The position numbers and the translations under genes were made by a program. Under the pieces are notes generated by a model. It worked only from the letters and a program-made list of their open reading frames with translations, searched no databases and was not told the origin of the DNA. From Bryobacterales bacterium (GTDB lineage: Bacteria > Acidobacteriota > Terriglobia > Bryobacterales > UBA6623), in NCBI GenBank assembly GCA_965207035.1, contig OZ242259.1, forward strand, positions 586,111-650,110: 64,000 nt of DNA, given 5' to 3'. Positions 29,952 to 37,782 of the stretch are shown one piece after another (the stretch's first letter is position 1; every line of letters starts with the position of its first letter).

Positions 29952-30959
29952 ATGCGTTCCAAGCGCTGTCTTTGCCTCGCTCAGCGCTACAATCTCAACA
30001 TCTTGATCGGCAGCACCGCCCGCTATGACAGAACTTGCCCAAGATCTTGGCCATCTCTGCTTCTGGCTGCGATCGGCCTGTTGCTAGACGTGAGCCCCGG
30101 TGTGGCTCAGCAAACCATGTCTGGACCTCGAATCAAAGCCCTCATCGTCGACGGGTTCAGCAATCACGACTGGCGCAAGACGACTGCCTTCATAGCGTCG
30201 ACTCTTACCGAGACCGGCATGTTTGCGGTCGATGTCACGACGACCCCCGAAGAACCGGACGATCCGGGTTGGGTACGATGGCGCCCGAAATTCTCCGACT
30301 ATGCCGTTGTCATTCTCAACTGGAACAATGTTCGTCACCCCGAGATTCGTTGGCCGCGGCCCGTCGAACACGCGGTGGAGACTTACGTGCAGGGCGGGGG
30401 CGGTCTGCTCGTCTTTCATTCCGCGAACAATGCATTCTCACACTGGCCCGAATACGACCGCATGATCGGACTTGGCTGGCGTGACAAGCACCATGGCGTC
30501 GCATTGCAGCTCGATGCCGACGGTAATATCCGAAGGATTCCACCCGGCGAGGGCGAAAGGACCAGTCATGGCCCGCGTCAGGACACGATCGTGATTCAAC
30601 TCGACGACCACCCAATCACACTCGGCACCCCAAAACGATGGATCACACCCGATATCGAGGTTTACACCTACGCACGGGGTCCTGCCGAACAACTCACCGT
30701 CCTTACTTATGGTCGTCACATCGCAACCGACAGTTATTGGCCGCTTGAATGGGTTGTGTCTTACGGCCAGGGGCGGGTCTATAGCTCGTCGTTCGGGCAC
30801 ATCTGGAAGAGCGACAGCGGAATCCCCGACCGTGTGCGCTGCATGGGTTTCCAAACAAGCCTGATCCGCGCGGCGGAGTGGCTTGCGAGCGGCACTGTCA
30901 GTTACCCGGTGCCGGCTGATTTCCCGAGCGAGCACTCCATCGCCCTACGAAGTCGCTGA
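29952..30959 (+). CDS. ThuA domain-containing protein (exported)
   Basis: IKALIVDGFSNHDWRKTT...GGGLLVFHSANNAF is ThuA-like (class I glutamine amidotransferase-like fold). The start is uncertain: ATG 29952, with the signal-like segment SLLLAAIGLLLDVSPGVAQQ following. The track start at 29571 is rejected. Confidence 0.65.
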   Translation: MRSKRCLCLAQRYNLNILIGSTARYDRTCPRSWPSLLLAAIGLLLDVSPGVAQQTMSGPRIKALIVDGFSNHDWRKTTAFIASTLTETGMFAVDVTTTPEEPDDPGWVRWRPKFSDYAVVILNWNNVRHPEIRWPRPVEHAVETYVQGGGGLLVFHSANNAFSHWPEYDRMIGLGWRDKHHGVALQLDADGNIRRIPPGEGERTSHGPRQDTIVIQLDDHPITLGTPKRWITPDIEVYTYARGPAEQLTVLTYGRHIATDSYWPLEWVVSYGQGRVYSSSFGHIWKSDSGIPDRVRCMGFQTSLIRAAEWLASGTVSYPVPADFPSEHSIALRSR

Positions 30960-31048
30960 CCGTCGGGCAGCCTTCTCCGCCCACGGCCTTTGATGTGAGC
31001 CGCGTCTGGATTCGGGTCACGGCTCACCGAATGCAATACCATCGGACC

Positions 31049-34039
31049 ATGGATTCGGAGAGATTTGGTTCTGCGCGATCACCACGGGGCATCCTTTTGG
31101 CTTGCCTGCTTGCGGCTTGGTTTTCGAGCGCGAGTGCGCAGCCGGCATTCAAGATCACGTTCGCGGCTCAAAGCCAAAACCACGGACGGGTCTGGAACGG
31201 AGGTGTCGATGATGCCTCGCGGTTGCGTGGGATGCTTGGCTGGCACCTTCATGACGACGATCGCCTGCGACCCCCATCGCGTTGGGACGTGATGACGCAA
31301 TCGGTGGGCGGCGACGTGGCTTCTCCCGGTGTGATCTTGACGCTGAACGGACCCGAATCGCTTCCGTTCACCTTTTTCACCAGAATCGGTGACACGACCT
31401 TCGTGCCGGCCGAAGTTCCCTACGGCGAGGTTTACTACCCGCCTGGATTACGCGGCGACATCGCCATCGAGCGCGTGCCGCACCCGATCGTTGTCTCGGG
31501 TCAGCAGACCGAGAGCGACGATCCGGCCATGATTCGTACTAGGTCGGGTGAGTATTGGCTCGCGTGGGTTGCCTATCGCACTGTCGAGCGTGACGGCTAT
31601 TACCTGAAAGGGGCGGACCGGGTGATGGCCGCCTGGAGCGAGGACGGAGTCCGGTGGTCGGAACCGTCGGCGGTCACTTCCATGGGAGACCACTTCCGGG
31701 TTGCGCTGGGGGAAGATGCGCACGGCCGCATTTGGTGCGTGTATTCGCGTCAAGAGGCCTTGGGCAGCGGTAACTTCGACCTGTATGCGAAGAGCTTAGA
31801 GCACGGGCGGTGGTCGGATGCCGTACGGCTGACCGAGGACCCGCGACCGGATGCGTTCCATCGGGTCGCAGCGACCGGTGATGGGGAACTGTACTTGGTC
31901 TGGGCCGGTTTCCGCGACTCCCCGGACGGCGGCCCGCCACAAAGCGACATCCTCTTGCGACGCTTTGACGGTTCCGCATGGGGGCCGGAAGTGCCTATCA
32001 CGGATTCCCCGGAGGACGATTGGGAGCCGGCTGTGGCAACGGACTCGGCGGGCCGGGCGTGGATCGCTTGGGATTCATACCGATCGACCGGCGGCTACGA
32101 CTTGCTGCTCCGGTCGGCAACCGCGGAAGATGAAGGCCCGCTCGTGGAACTGTCAGCGAGCCCGTACTCGGAGATGCGAGCCGATGTCGCAGTCGATCGG
32201 GCCGACAGGGTTTGGGTTGCTTGGGAGGAAGGCGCCCCGAACTGGGGCAAGGACTACGGCTACCGGAATCCGCGCCACAGAATCAATCTCAAACAGGGTG
32301 CCCTGTTGTACGACGCGCAGAACGCAAGGCCCCCACGAGTGGCCGTGCTGGAGGACGGTCAATGGCTGCGGCCGAGAGAGGCGTTGCCGGGTTCTGTTCC
32401 GAAATTCCTGAGGCCGGGTCTGTTCCAGAATCCCCGTTTGGCCGTGGACGGCGAGGGCAATGCGTGGGTGGTGATGCGACACCAGTGGCGCGGTGCCGGG
32501 CGCTGGGGAGGACATTTATTCGACTCCTACGCCACCACATGGGCAGACGGGGGGTGGATCTCCCCGGTTCTGCTACCGGGGAGCACCGGGAGGCAGGACA
32601 CGCTCGTCGCGACCGCTCCGGCACCCGATGGATCGATCGTCGCGGCCGTGGTCGGCGATGGTCGCAGGCTGCCGGTAGGATTGCCGAAACACCACGCCAT
32701 CGCCGTTGTTCGGCTGGACGGGAATGCGCTGCCGGGTACGTCGAGCAGTCCTCCGCTGGTCCCGTTCGAGCCGAGCGTAGCCGAGGCATTCGTACCCACC
32801 CATCCAAACGAGGACGCGGAGATCGACGCGATCCGCGACCACAGGGTGGAACTGGACGGGTTGCCATGGAAAATCGTTCGGGGTGACCTGCACCGCCACA
32901 CTGAGATCTCCATGGACGGGGCAACTGATGGCACCCTCAACGATGCCTATCGATACGCTCTCAATGCGGCGCAGCTTGATTTTCTCGGCGTGAGCGACCA
33001 CAACTACGGCCAGTGGCTCGATACTGACCAGCCGACAGACCCGCAGTCAGACAACGAGTTCCAGTTCTGGCGGACGCAGAAATCGGTCGACCTCTTCCAT
33101 GTCCCGGGACGCTTCACGCCTCTCTACGGGTACGAGCGGACCACGAATTTCCCGCTCGGTCACCGCAACATCTTCCATGCGACGCGCGGGGTGTTCAGCC
33201 TGCGGGTGCCCATGTTGCACGTGCGCGACCGACCGGAACTCCTTGATTCTGATCCGCCGAAGCTGTGGGCCTACCTCAGGCGGACCGGCGGCATCGGCAT
33301 TCCGCACACTTCGGCGACCTCGATGGGGACGAACTGGCAGCGGCGCGATGACGAGGTCATACCCGTCACCGAGATTTATCAGGGAGACAGGAACTCTTAC
33401 GAGACACAAGGCGGTCCGAGGGCTGCCCTTCCGGACGCCCCGGGTATGGGTTCGGCGGGGCGACCGCCGCATCAGGACGGCTTGGTCCAGAACGCGCTCG
33501 GTGTCGGGTACCGGATGGGATTCATCGCGTCCAGCGACCACCGGTCTACGCATATCTCCTACGCCAACTTGATCGTGCCGGACCGAATCACTACGCGGGC
33601 CGACTTGATTGACGCGATGCGCAATCGGAGGACATTTGCCTCCACTGACAACATTGCAGTCGATTTCCACTCCGGAGGACAGCACCAGGGATCGGTAACC
33701 GTGGCGGCTGAGGCGCCGGTGTTCACCGCTCGGATTCGCGGCACGGCTCCGATCCTCAAGGTCGAAGTGATCAAGAACAACCGGTCGGTCTACACGCGGT
33801 CGGGTGACGGGGAGCTTGATGTCGAGTTCGAGTACCGGGATGCCGAATTCGACGACACTTCGATGGGAGCGACAGCCACCGTCCAGGACTGGTCGCGGCC
33901 CGAAACCGGGATCCGCCCCCGGCCGGACCCCACCGAGAGCTACTACTACTTGCGAGTCATCCAGTCGTTCAGCGCCGACGAGCCCGACAAGGAAGGCGAG
34001 ATCGCTTGGTCTTCTCCTATCTTCGTGACCCGCGAGTAA
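31049..34039 (+). CDS. large exported protein: BNR/sialidase-like propeller region fused to PHP/CehA-type metallophosphoesterase-like domain
   Basis: Signal MDSERFGSARSPRGILLACLLAAWFSSASA. Asp-box-like SEDGVRWSEP and repeated W-x-AW/VW blades. Later GDLHRHTEISMDG...LDFLGVSDHNYG and SSDHRSTH, which are His-rich PHP-like motifs. Confidence 0.55.
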   Translation: MDSERFGSARSPRGILLACLLAAWFSSASAQPAFKITFAAQSQNHGRVWNGGVDDASRLRGMLGWHLHDDDRLRPPSRWDVMTQSVGGDVASPGVILTLNGPESLPFTFFTRIGDTTFVPAEVPYGEVYYPPGLRGDIAIERVPHPIVVSGQQTESDDPAMIRTRSGEYWLAWVAYRTVERDGYYLKGADRVMAAWSEDGVRWSEPSAVTSMGDHFRVALGEDAHGRIWCVYSRQEALGSGNFDLYAKSLEHGRWSDAVRLTEDPRPDAFHRVAATGDGELYLVWAGFRDSPDGGPPQSDILLRRFDGSAWGPEVPITDSPEDDWEPAVATDSAGRAWIAWDSYRSTGGYDLLLRSATAEDEGPLVELSASPYSEMRADVAVDRADRVWVAWEEGAPNWGKDYGYRNPRHRINLKQGALLYDAQNARPPRVAVLEDGQWLRPREALPGSVPKFLRPGLFQNPRLAVDGEGNAWVVMRHQWRGAGRWGGHLFDSYATTWADGGWISPVLLPGSTGRQDTLVATAPAPDGSIVAAVVGDGRRLPVGLPKHHAIAVVRLDGNALPGTSSSPPLVPFEPSVAEAFVPTHPNEDAEIDAIRDHRVELDGLPWKIVRGDLHRHTEISMDGATDGTLNDAYRYALNAAQLDFLGVSDHNYGQWLDTDQPTDPQSDNEFQFWRTQKSVDLFHVPGRFTPLYGYERTTNFPLGHRNIFHATRGVFSLRVPMLHVRDRPELLDSDPPKLWAYLRRTGGIGIPHTSATSMGTNWQRRDDEVIPVTEIYQGDRNSYETQGGPRAALPDAPGMGSAGRPPHQDGLVQNALGVGYRMGFIASSDHRSTHISYANLIVPDRITTRADLIDAMRNRRTFASTDNIAVDFHSGGQHQGSVTVAAEAPVFTARIRGTAPILKVEVIKNNRSVYTRSGDGELDVEFEYRDAEFDDTSMGATATVQDWSRPETGIRPRPDPTESYYYLRVIQSFSADEPDKEGEIAWSSPIFVTRE

Positions 34040-34064
34040 GGCGCTTCTTGGAAGTCGTGTCCGT

Positions 34065-35204
34065 TCAGTCGATGAGCGCCTGGTATGCCAGAGTCTGAAA
34101 GTCTTGCCGGATGTTGAGGTGCGTGTACGGGCGGATCTGCGTCATGAGAATCCCAATCACCTCGTCGTCCGGGTCGACCCAGAAGACCGTGCAGTAAGCT
34201 CCGCCCCAGCCATAGGTGCCAACAGCGCTTGGCATCCCGCTCGCGCCGAGGTCGGTTGTCACCGAGTAGCCCAGACCGAATCCGAAGCCCGCGCCTCGCA
34301 ACCAGACCGCCTTGTCGCCAGTGTGGTTGGTGGTGATCAGCCGCACGGTTCGCGGTCCGAGAATGCGGACTCCGTCCAGTTCTCCGCCGTTCAGCATCAT
34401 TTGGTGAAAGCGAAAGTAATCGGTTGTCGTCGAAACCAGACCGCCCCCTGCGCTGAAATACACATGCGGTTCACTGACCCATCGGCTGTTTTCGTCGGGC
34501 CTCTCCGCCAGTTCGATCTTGCCTCCGGCGTCGGGCCGGTACAGGGCTGCGAACCGCGCGAGCTTCGAGCTGGGCATGTAGAAGTGTGTGTCTGTCATTC
34601 CAAGCGGAGTCAGGATCTTTTCCCGAAGATACTGGTCCAATGACATGCCCGAGATGACTTCGATGAGTCGTCCGGCGACATCCGTTGCCGGGCCGTATTC
34701 CCACTTCGCTCCAGGCTCGAAATTGAGTGGAAGCTCCGCCAGCGCCGTGACATAGTCCCCGACTGTGCCCCCCGGCTGGCGGTTCGCACGAACTTCGTTG
34801 TAGAGCGATATCGTGATTCCTCTGTACGGATTGGGTAGGCCCGCGGTGTGGGTCAGCAAGTGTTGAAACGTGATGGGACTCGCAGCGGCGACCCGCTTGA
34901 ACGGGCCGCGGGCGGAGTCCGCTGGCCCGACTGGCACGGCGACATCCATGCCGGCGAACTCTGGCAGGAACTTCGAGATCGGATCTCGAAGCTGGAAGTG
35001 ACCGTTTTCCCACAGCATCATCAGAGCCACCGTGGCGATTGGCTTGGTCATCGAGGCGATCCGGAAGATCACGTCGTTCGACATCGCCGCCTGCGTCTCG
35101 GCGTCCCTGTATCCGAAGCTTCGGTGGTACACGACGTTCCCCGAACGGGCGATCAGGGCAACCACTCCTGGCACTTCACGGCGGTCGACGTACCCCTGCA
35201 GCAT
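34065..35204 (-). CDS. beta-lactamase-family serine hydrolase, 5'-truncated by island insertion (reading frame continues without a start codon up to TAG at 35277-35279)
   Basis: SxxK motif ASMTKP and class-C/PBP4*-like colinearity. The conserved N-terminal segment PESAGFSSVRLEHVDR is encoded upstream of the first ATG (35204). It has no ATG/GTG/TTG before it and is closed by a TAG at the att core. Confidence 0.8.
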   Translation of the reverse strand: MLQGYVDRREVPGVVALIARSGNVVYHRSFGYRDAETQAAMSNDVIFRIASMTKPIATVALMMLWENGHFQLRDPISKFLPEFAGMDVAVPVGPADSARGPFKRVAAASPITFQHLLTHTAGLPNPYRGITISLYNEVRANRQPGGTVGDYVTALAELPLNFEPGAKWEYGPATDVAGRLIEVISGMSLDQYLREKILTPLGMTDTHFYMPSSKLARFAALYRPDAGGKIELAERPDENSRWVSEPHVYFSAGGGLVSTTTDYFRFHQMMLNGGELDGVRILGPRTVRLITTNHTGDKAVWLRGAGFGFGLGYSVTTDLGASGMPSAVGTYGWGGAYCTVFWVDPDDEVIGILMTQIRPYTHLNIRQDFQTLAYQALID

Positions 35205-35270
35205 TCGGTCGACGTGTTCGAGCCTTACGGACGAGAAGCCTGCGGATTCTGGCTCTCCCAGGACCGCAGG

Positions 35271-35277
35271 GGCGGCC
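35271..35277. repeat. attL core (GGCGGCC)
   Basis: It is identical to 44296-44302. The extended similarity is CCGCAGGGGCGGCCTAAGCGGTACTGAG (35264-35291) against CCGCATAGGCGGCCAAGGCGGCACTGGC (44289-44316). Confidence 0.6.
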
Positions 35278-35448
35278 TAAGCGGTACTGAGGCGCTCGGA
35301 GACCCCATTATCAGACCAATTGTCTTTTAACTCACTGGTACTAATAGACTTATGGTCATATAAGGCGAGCATGGCCCGAGGCTTCCCGTTCCTAAAATAC
35401 CTCCGGTCTGCTAGTAAAACGTGGGGTATATCGTGATACGCTGGAGCC

Positions 35449-36633
35449 ATGGCAAGCATTCTTAACGCTCGATCCTGCAAGGCGGCGAGGCCAACACCGG
35501 GCCAGCGATTCACCTACTACGGAGACGGCCTCGGGCATGGCCTCCGCCTCCGCGTCGCTCAATCCGGCGCGAAGTATTGGGAGCAACGGCTCACGGTCAA
35601 CGGCAAGCGGCGGGACCTTGGCCTCGGGCCGTTCCCGGAGATTGACCTAGACGCGGCGCGGGAGCTTGCCCTAGACAACAAGCGGACGGCCCGCAAGGGC
35701 GGGAACCCGCTGGCGAATAGCATCACGTTCCGGGAGGCCAGCGACGCTTGCACGGCCCTTGACGCTGCGAGTTGGAAAACAGACAAGCAACGGCGGGACG
35801 CGGAGGCCATGATGGACCGATGGGCGCTGCCTCGCCTCGGGGCCGTCAAGGTTGCCGCGATCAACCGGGGGGACGTCATGGACGCGCTAGAGCCTATCTG
35901 GATTGATCGGGCAGCGACGGCCAAGCGGGTCCTACAGCGGCTCTCCCGCGTGTTCGATTACTGCGTGGGCCGGGGTTACCGCGACGACAACCCGGCGGAC
36001 GTGGCGATCATGACAGCGGCGCTCCCAAAGCAACCGAAAGCGACGAACGGCAACGGCAACGGCAACGGGGCGGCGCGGCATCATGAGGCCGTCCCCTATG
36101 CGGAGCTTGCCGACGCGCTGGCCAAGGTGGACGCCTCCAGTTCGGGCGCGACCGTCAAGGCGCTGGTCCGCTTTACGGCCCTCACGGCTGCCCGGATCGG
36201 GGAGGCGCGGGGCGCTCAGTGGTCCGAGATTGACCTAGACGGCGCGGTCTGGACGATTCCAGCGGATCGCATGAAGGGCGGGCGGGAGCATCGCGTCCCG
36301 CTGGCCGATGCGGCTGTGGCGATCCTCCGCCAACAGCTTGCCATCCGGCCCCGGCGCTGCCCGTTCGTGTTCACTGGCACGGCAGGGCGGACTATCGGGG
36401 AGGGAACAGTCCGTAAGCTGTTCCGGTCGCTCCAGACCATCGGGGACCCTCACGGCCTACGCTCCAGCTTCCGCGATTGGGCGGCAGAGAATACCGAGGC
36501 CCCCCGCGAAGTGCTGGAGACGTGCCTAGCGCATGTTGTCGGCGGCAAGGTCGAGCGGGCCTATGCACGGACGGACCTGCTGGACAAGCGGCGGGCCGTC
36601 ATGGACGCTTGGGCCGACTATCTGGCCCGCTGA
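35449..36633 (+). CDS. int: tyrosine-type site-specific integrase (P4/CP4-57-like, DUF4102 N-domain)
   Basis: N-terminus YYGDGLGHGLRLRVAQSGAKYWEQRLTVNGKRRDLGLGPFPEIDLDAARE. Catalytic region ARIGEARGAQWSEID, HRVPL, HGLRSSFRDWAAE and ERAYARTD (R..HxxR..Y). Confidence 0.9.
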   Translation: MASILNARSCKAARPTPGQRFTYYGDGLGHGLRLRVAQSGAKYWEQRLTVNGKRRDLGLGPFPEIDLDAARELALDNKRTARKGGNPLANSITFREASDACTALDAASWKTDKQRRDAEAMMDRWALPRLGAVKVAAINRGDVMDALEPIWIDRAATAKRVLQRLSRVFDYCVGRGYRDDNPADVAIMTAALPKQPKATNGNGNGNGAARHHEAVPYAELADALAKVDASSSGATVKALVRFTALTAARIGEARGAQWSEIDLDGAVWTIPADRMKGGREHRVPLADAAVAILRQQLAIRPRRCPFVFTGTAGRTIGEGTVRKLFRSLQTIGDPHGLRSSFRDWAAENTEAPREVLETCLAHVVGGKVERAYARTDLLDKRRAVMDAWADYLAR

Positions 36634-36653
36634 CACTCAGGACGGTCCCACAG

Positions 36654-36689
36654 CGGCCCCCGGAGCCAATCTGACGGCCTCGGGGGCCG
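36654..36689 (+). terminator. possible stem-loop after int
   Basis: CGGCCCCCG (36654-36662) pairs with CGGGGGCCG (36681-36689) around an 18-nt loop, followed by TTCGTG. The loop is large and the U-tract poor, so this is weak. Confidence 0.25.
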
Positions 36690-36835
36690 TTCGTGCGTCT
36701 AGGGGTCCGGGAGCGATTGGCGGCGAGTACAGCGTCTTGGCAGAGCACGCGAGGCCCCAGTCGCTCCCGGTTCGGGCGATCCTCGCGGTAATGGTCTTCG
36801 CCCCGAGGATCGGCCCGAGCCTCCAGAGTACCCCC

Positions 36836-36881
36836 GATTGGCGATGGCGGGCAGTGATTGGCGATGGCGGGCAGTGATCGG
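36836..36881 (+). repeat. tandem 20-bp repeat pair, set 1 (GATTGGCGATGGCGGGCAGT x2 + GATCGG)
   Basis: Perfect tandem copies at 36836-36855 and 36856-36875. The whole ~46-bp block recurs at 37386-37431. Confidence 0.9.
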
Positions 36882-36941
36882 CCCCGGCCAATCGGAGGCG
36901 CAGTCTACCCCAATGGACGGCGGAGCGGGTCCGGGGTGGAC

Positions 36942-37301
36942 CTAGCTCTTAGGTCCAGACCGCAGCGCCTCGGCGGTGTGCGTCAACAGGATTGTCCGGC
37001 TGTCCAAGTATGGGGCGGGGTTGGCCTCGCGTTCGGCTTCCATTAACCCCAGACGGGCGCTATGCCAAGCGACTGATCCGTACCGTACCGTGTCCGATCG
37101 GTTCCCGGATGCCCTGACAATCCAATGCAGCAGTCGTATCAGGGGCGATGGCAGTCTCGTCTCTTGTAACCGTCTCGCCATGGCCCCAGAGGCAATGTCA
37201 TGAGGGCCGACGGTGGGAGACGCTGCCGTCATGCGGACGCCTCCGGGGGAACGGCGAGACGCGCTGACGTTGACCTGTGCTAAGTTGGGGGTCTGGGTCA
37301 T
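36942..37301 (-). CDS. hypothetical protein between the two repeat sets (possible island regulator; coding status uncertain)
   Basis: This is the only non-low-complexity ORF in 36.64-37.85 kb. An internal ATG would give a 79-aa product starting MARRLQETRLPSPLIRLLHW. There is no clear SD and no recognisable domain. Confidence 0.25.
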   Translation of the reverse strand: MTQTPNLAQVNVSASRRSPGGVRMTAASPTVGPHDIASGAMARRLQETRLPSPLIRLLHWIVRASGNRSDTVRYGSVAWHSARLGLMEAEREANPAPYLDSRTILLTHTAEALRSGPKS

Positions 37302-37385
37302 GGCGGGGCTTCGCCTTTGATCCTTGACGCCTCGGAGCTTGGGTCAGTTCCGGGGCGTTTTCATTGATCGCCTCCAGCTTACCTC

Positions 37386-37431
37386 GATTGGCGATGGCGG
37401 GCAGTGATCGGCGATGGCGGGCAGTGATCCG
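37386..37431 (+). repeat. tandem 20-bp repeat pair, set 2 (GATTGGCGATGGCGGGCAGT, GATCGGCGATGGCGGGCAGT, GATCCGG)
   Basis: It is a direct repeat of set 1, 550 bp downstream and in the same orientation. Confidence 0.9.
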
Positions 37432-37439
37432 GCCCCCTG

Positions 37440-37600
37440 CCGCAAGACCCCCCGGCCCGTCCCGCAAGACCCGTCCCGCTAGACCCCTCCCCTGCCGCAA
37501 GACCCGTCCCCTGCCCGTGGGGGGGGGGGGAGGGTGTGTCAACATGGCACACCCTCCCCGGCCCCCGGCCCCCTGCCGTTAGACCCCTGCCGCTAGACCC
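37440..37600 (+). repeat. array of six direct CCG(C/T)(A/T)AGACCC 11-mers flanking a G12 tract and a 12-bp inverted repeat
   Basis: The 11-mers lie at 37440, 37462, 37476, 37495, 37576 and 37590. The G12 tract is at 37519-37530. GGGGAGGGTGTG (37527-37538) and CACACCCTCCCC (37548-37559) are perfect inverted arms with a 9-nt spacer. Confidence 0.9.
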
Positions 37601-37628
37601 CTCCCCGTCCCGGTCCCCTCCCGGTCCC

Positions 37629-37688
37629 GATCCGTCCCGATCCGTCCCGATCCCTCCCCGATCCGTCCCGATCCGTCCCCGATCCGGG
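37629..37688 (+). repeat. tandem decamer array GATCCGTCCC (about 5.5 units, two 11-nt variants)
   Basis: Read directly from the sequence: gatccgtccc gatccgtccc gatccctcccc gatccgtccc gatccgtcccc gatccggg. Confidence 0.9.
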
Positions 37689-37782
37689 CAAAACGGACCT
37701 TGGGGACCCCTGCCCCGGACCCGCTCAGGGTAGAGCAGCGTAGCGGCTTAGGGACGAGCTAACACACCCCCACGGGGGGCCG

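Noticed and set aside
35205-35448. Expected tRNA or tmRNA integration target next to the P4-type integrase (also searched at 44180-44540)
   Set aside because: I found no T-loop (GGTTCGAATCC-like) or cloverleaf on either strand. The integration target is instead explained by the split hydrolase gene.
37386-37690. Possible CRISPR array
   Set aside because: The repeats are 10-20 bp, contiguous or irregularly spaced, lack unique spacers of uniform length, and have no cas genes nearby.
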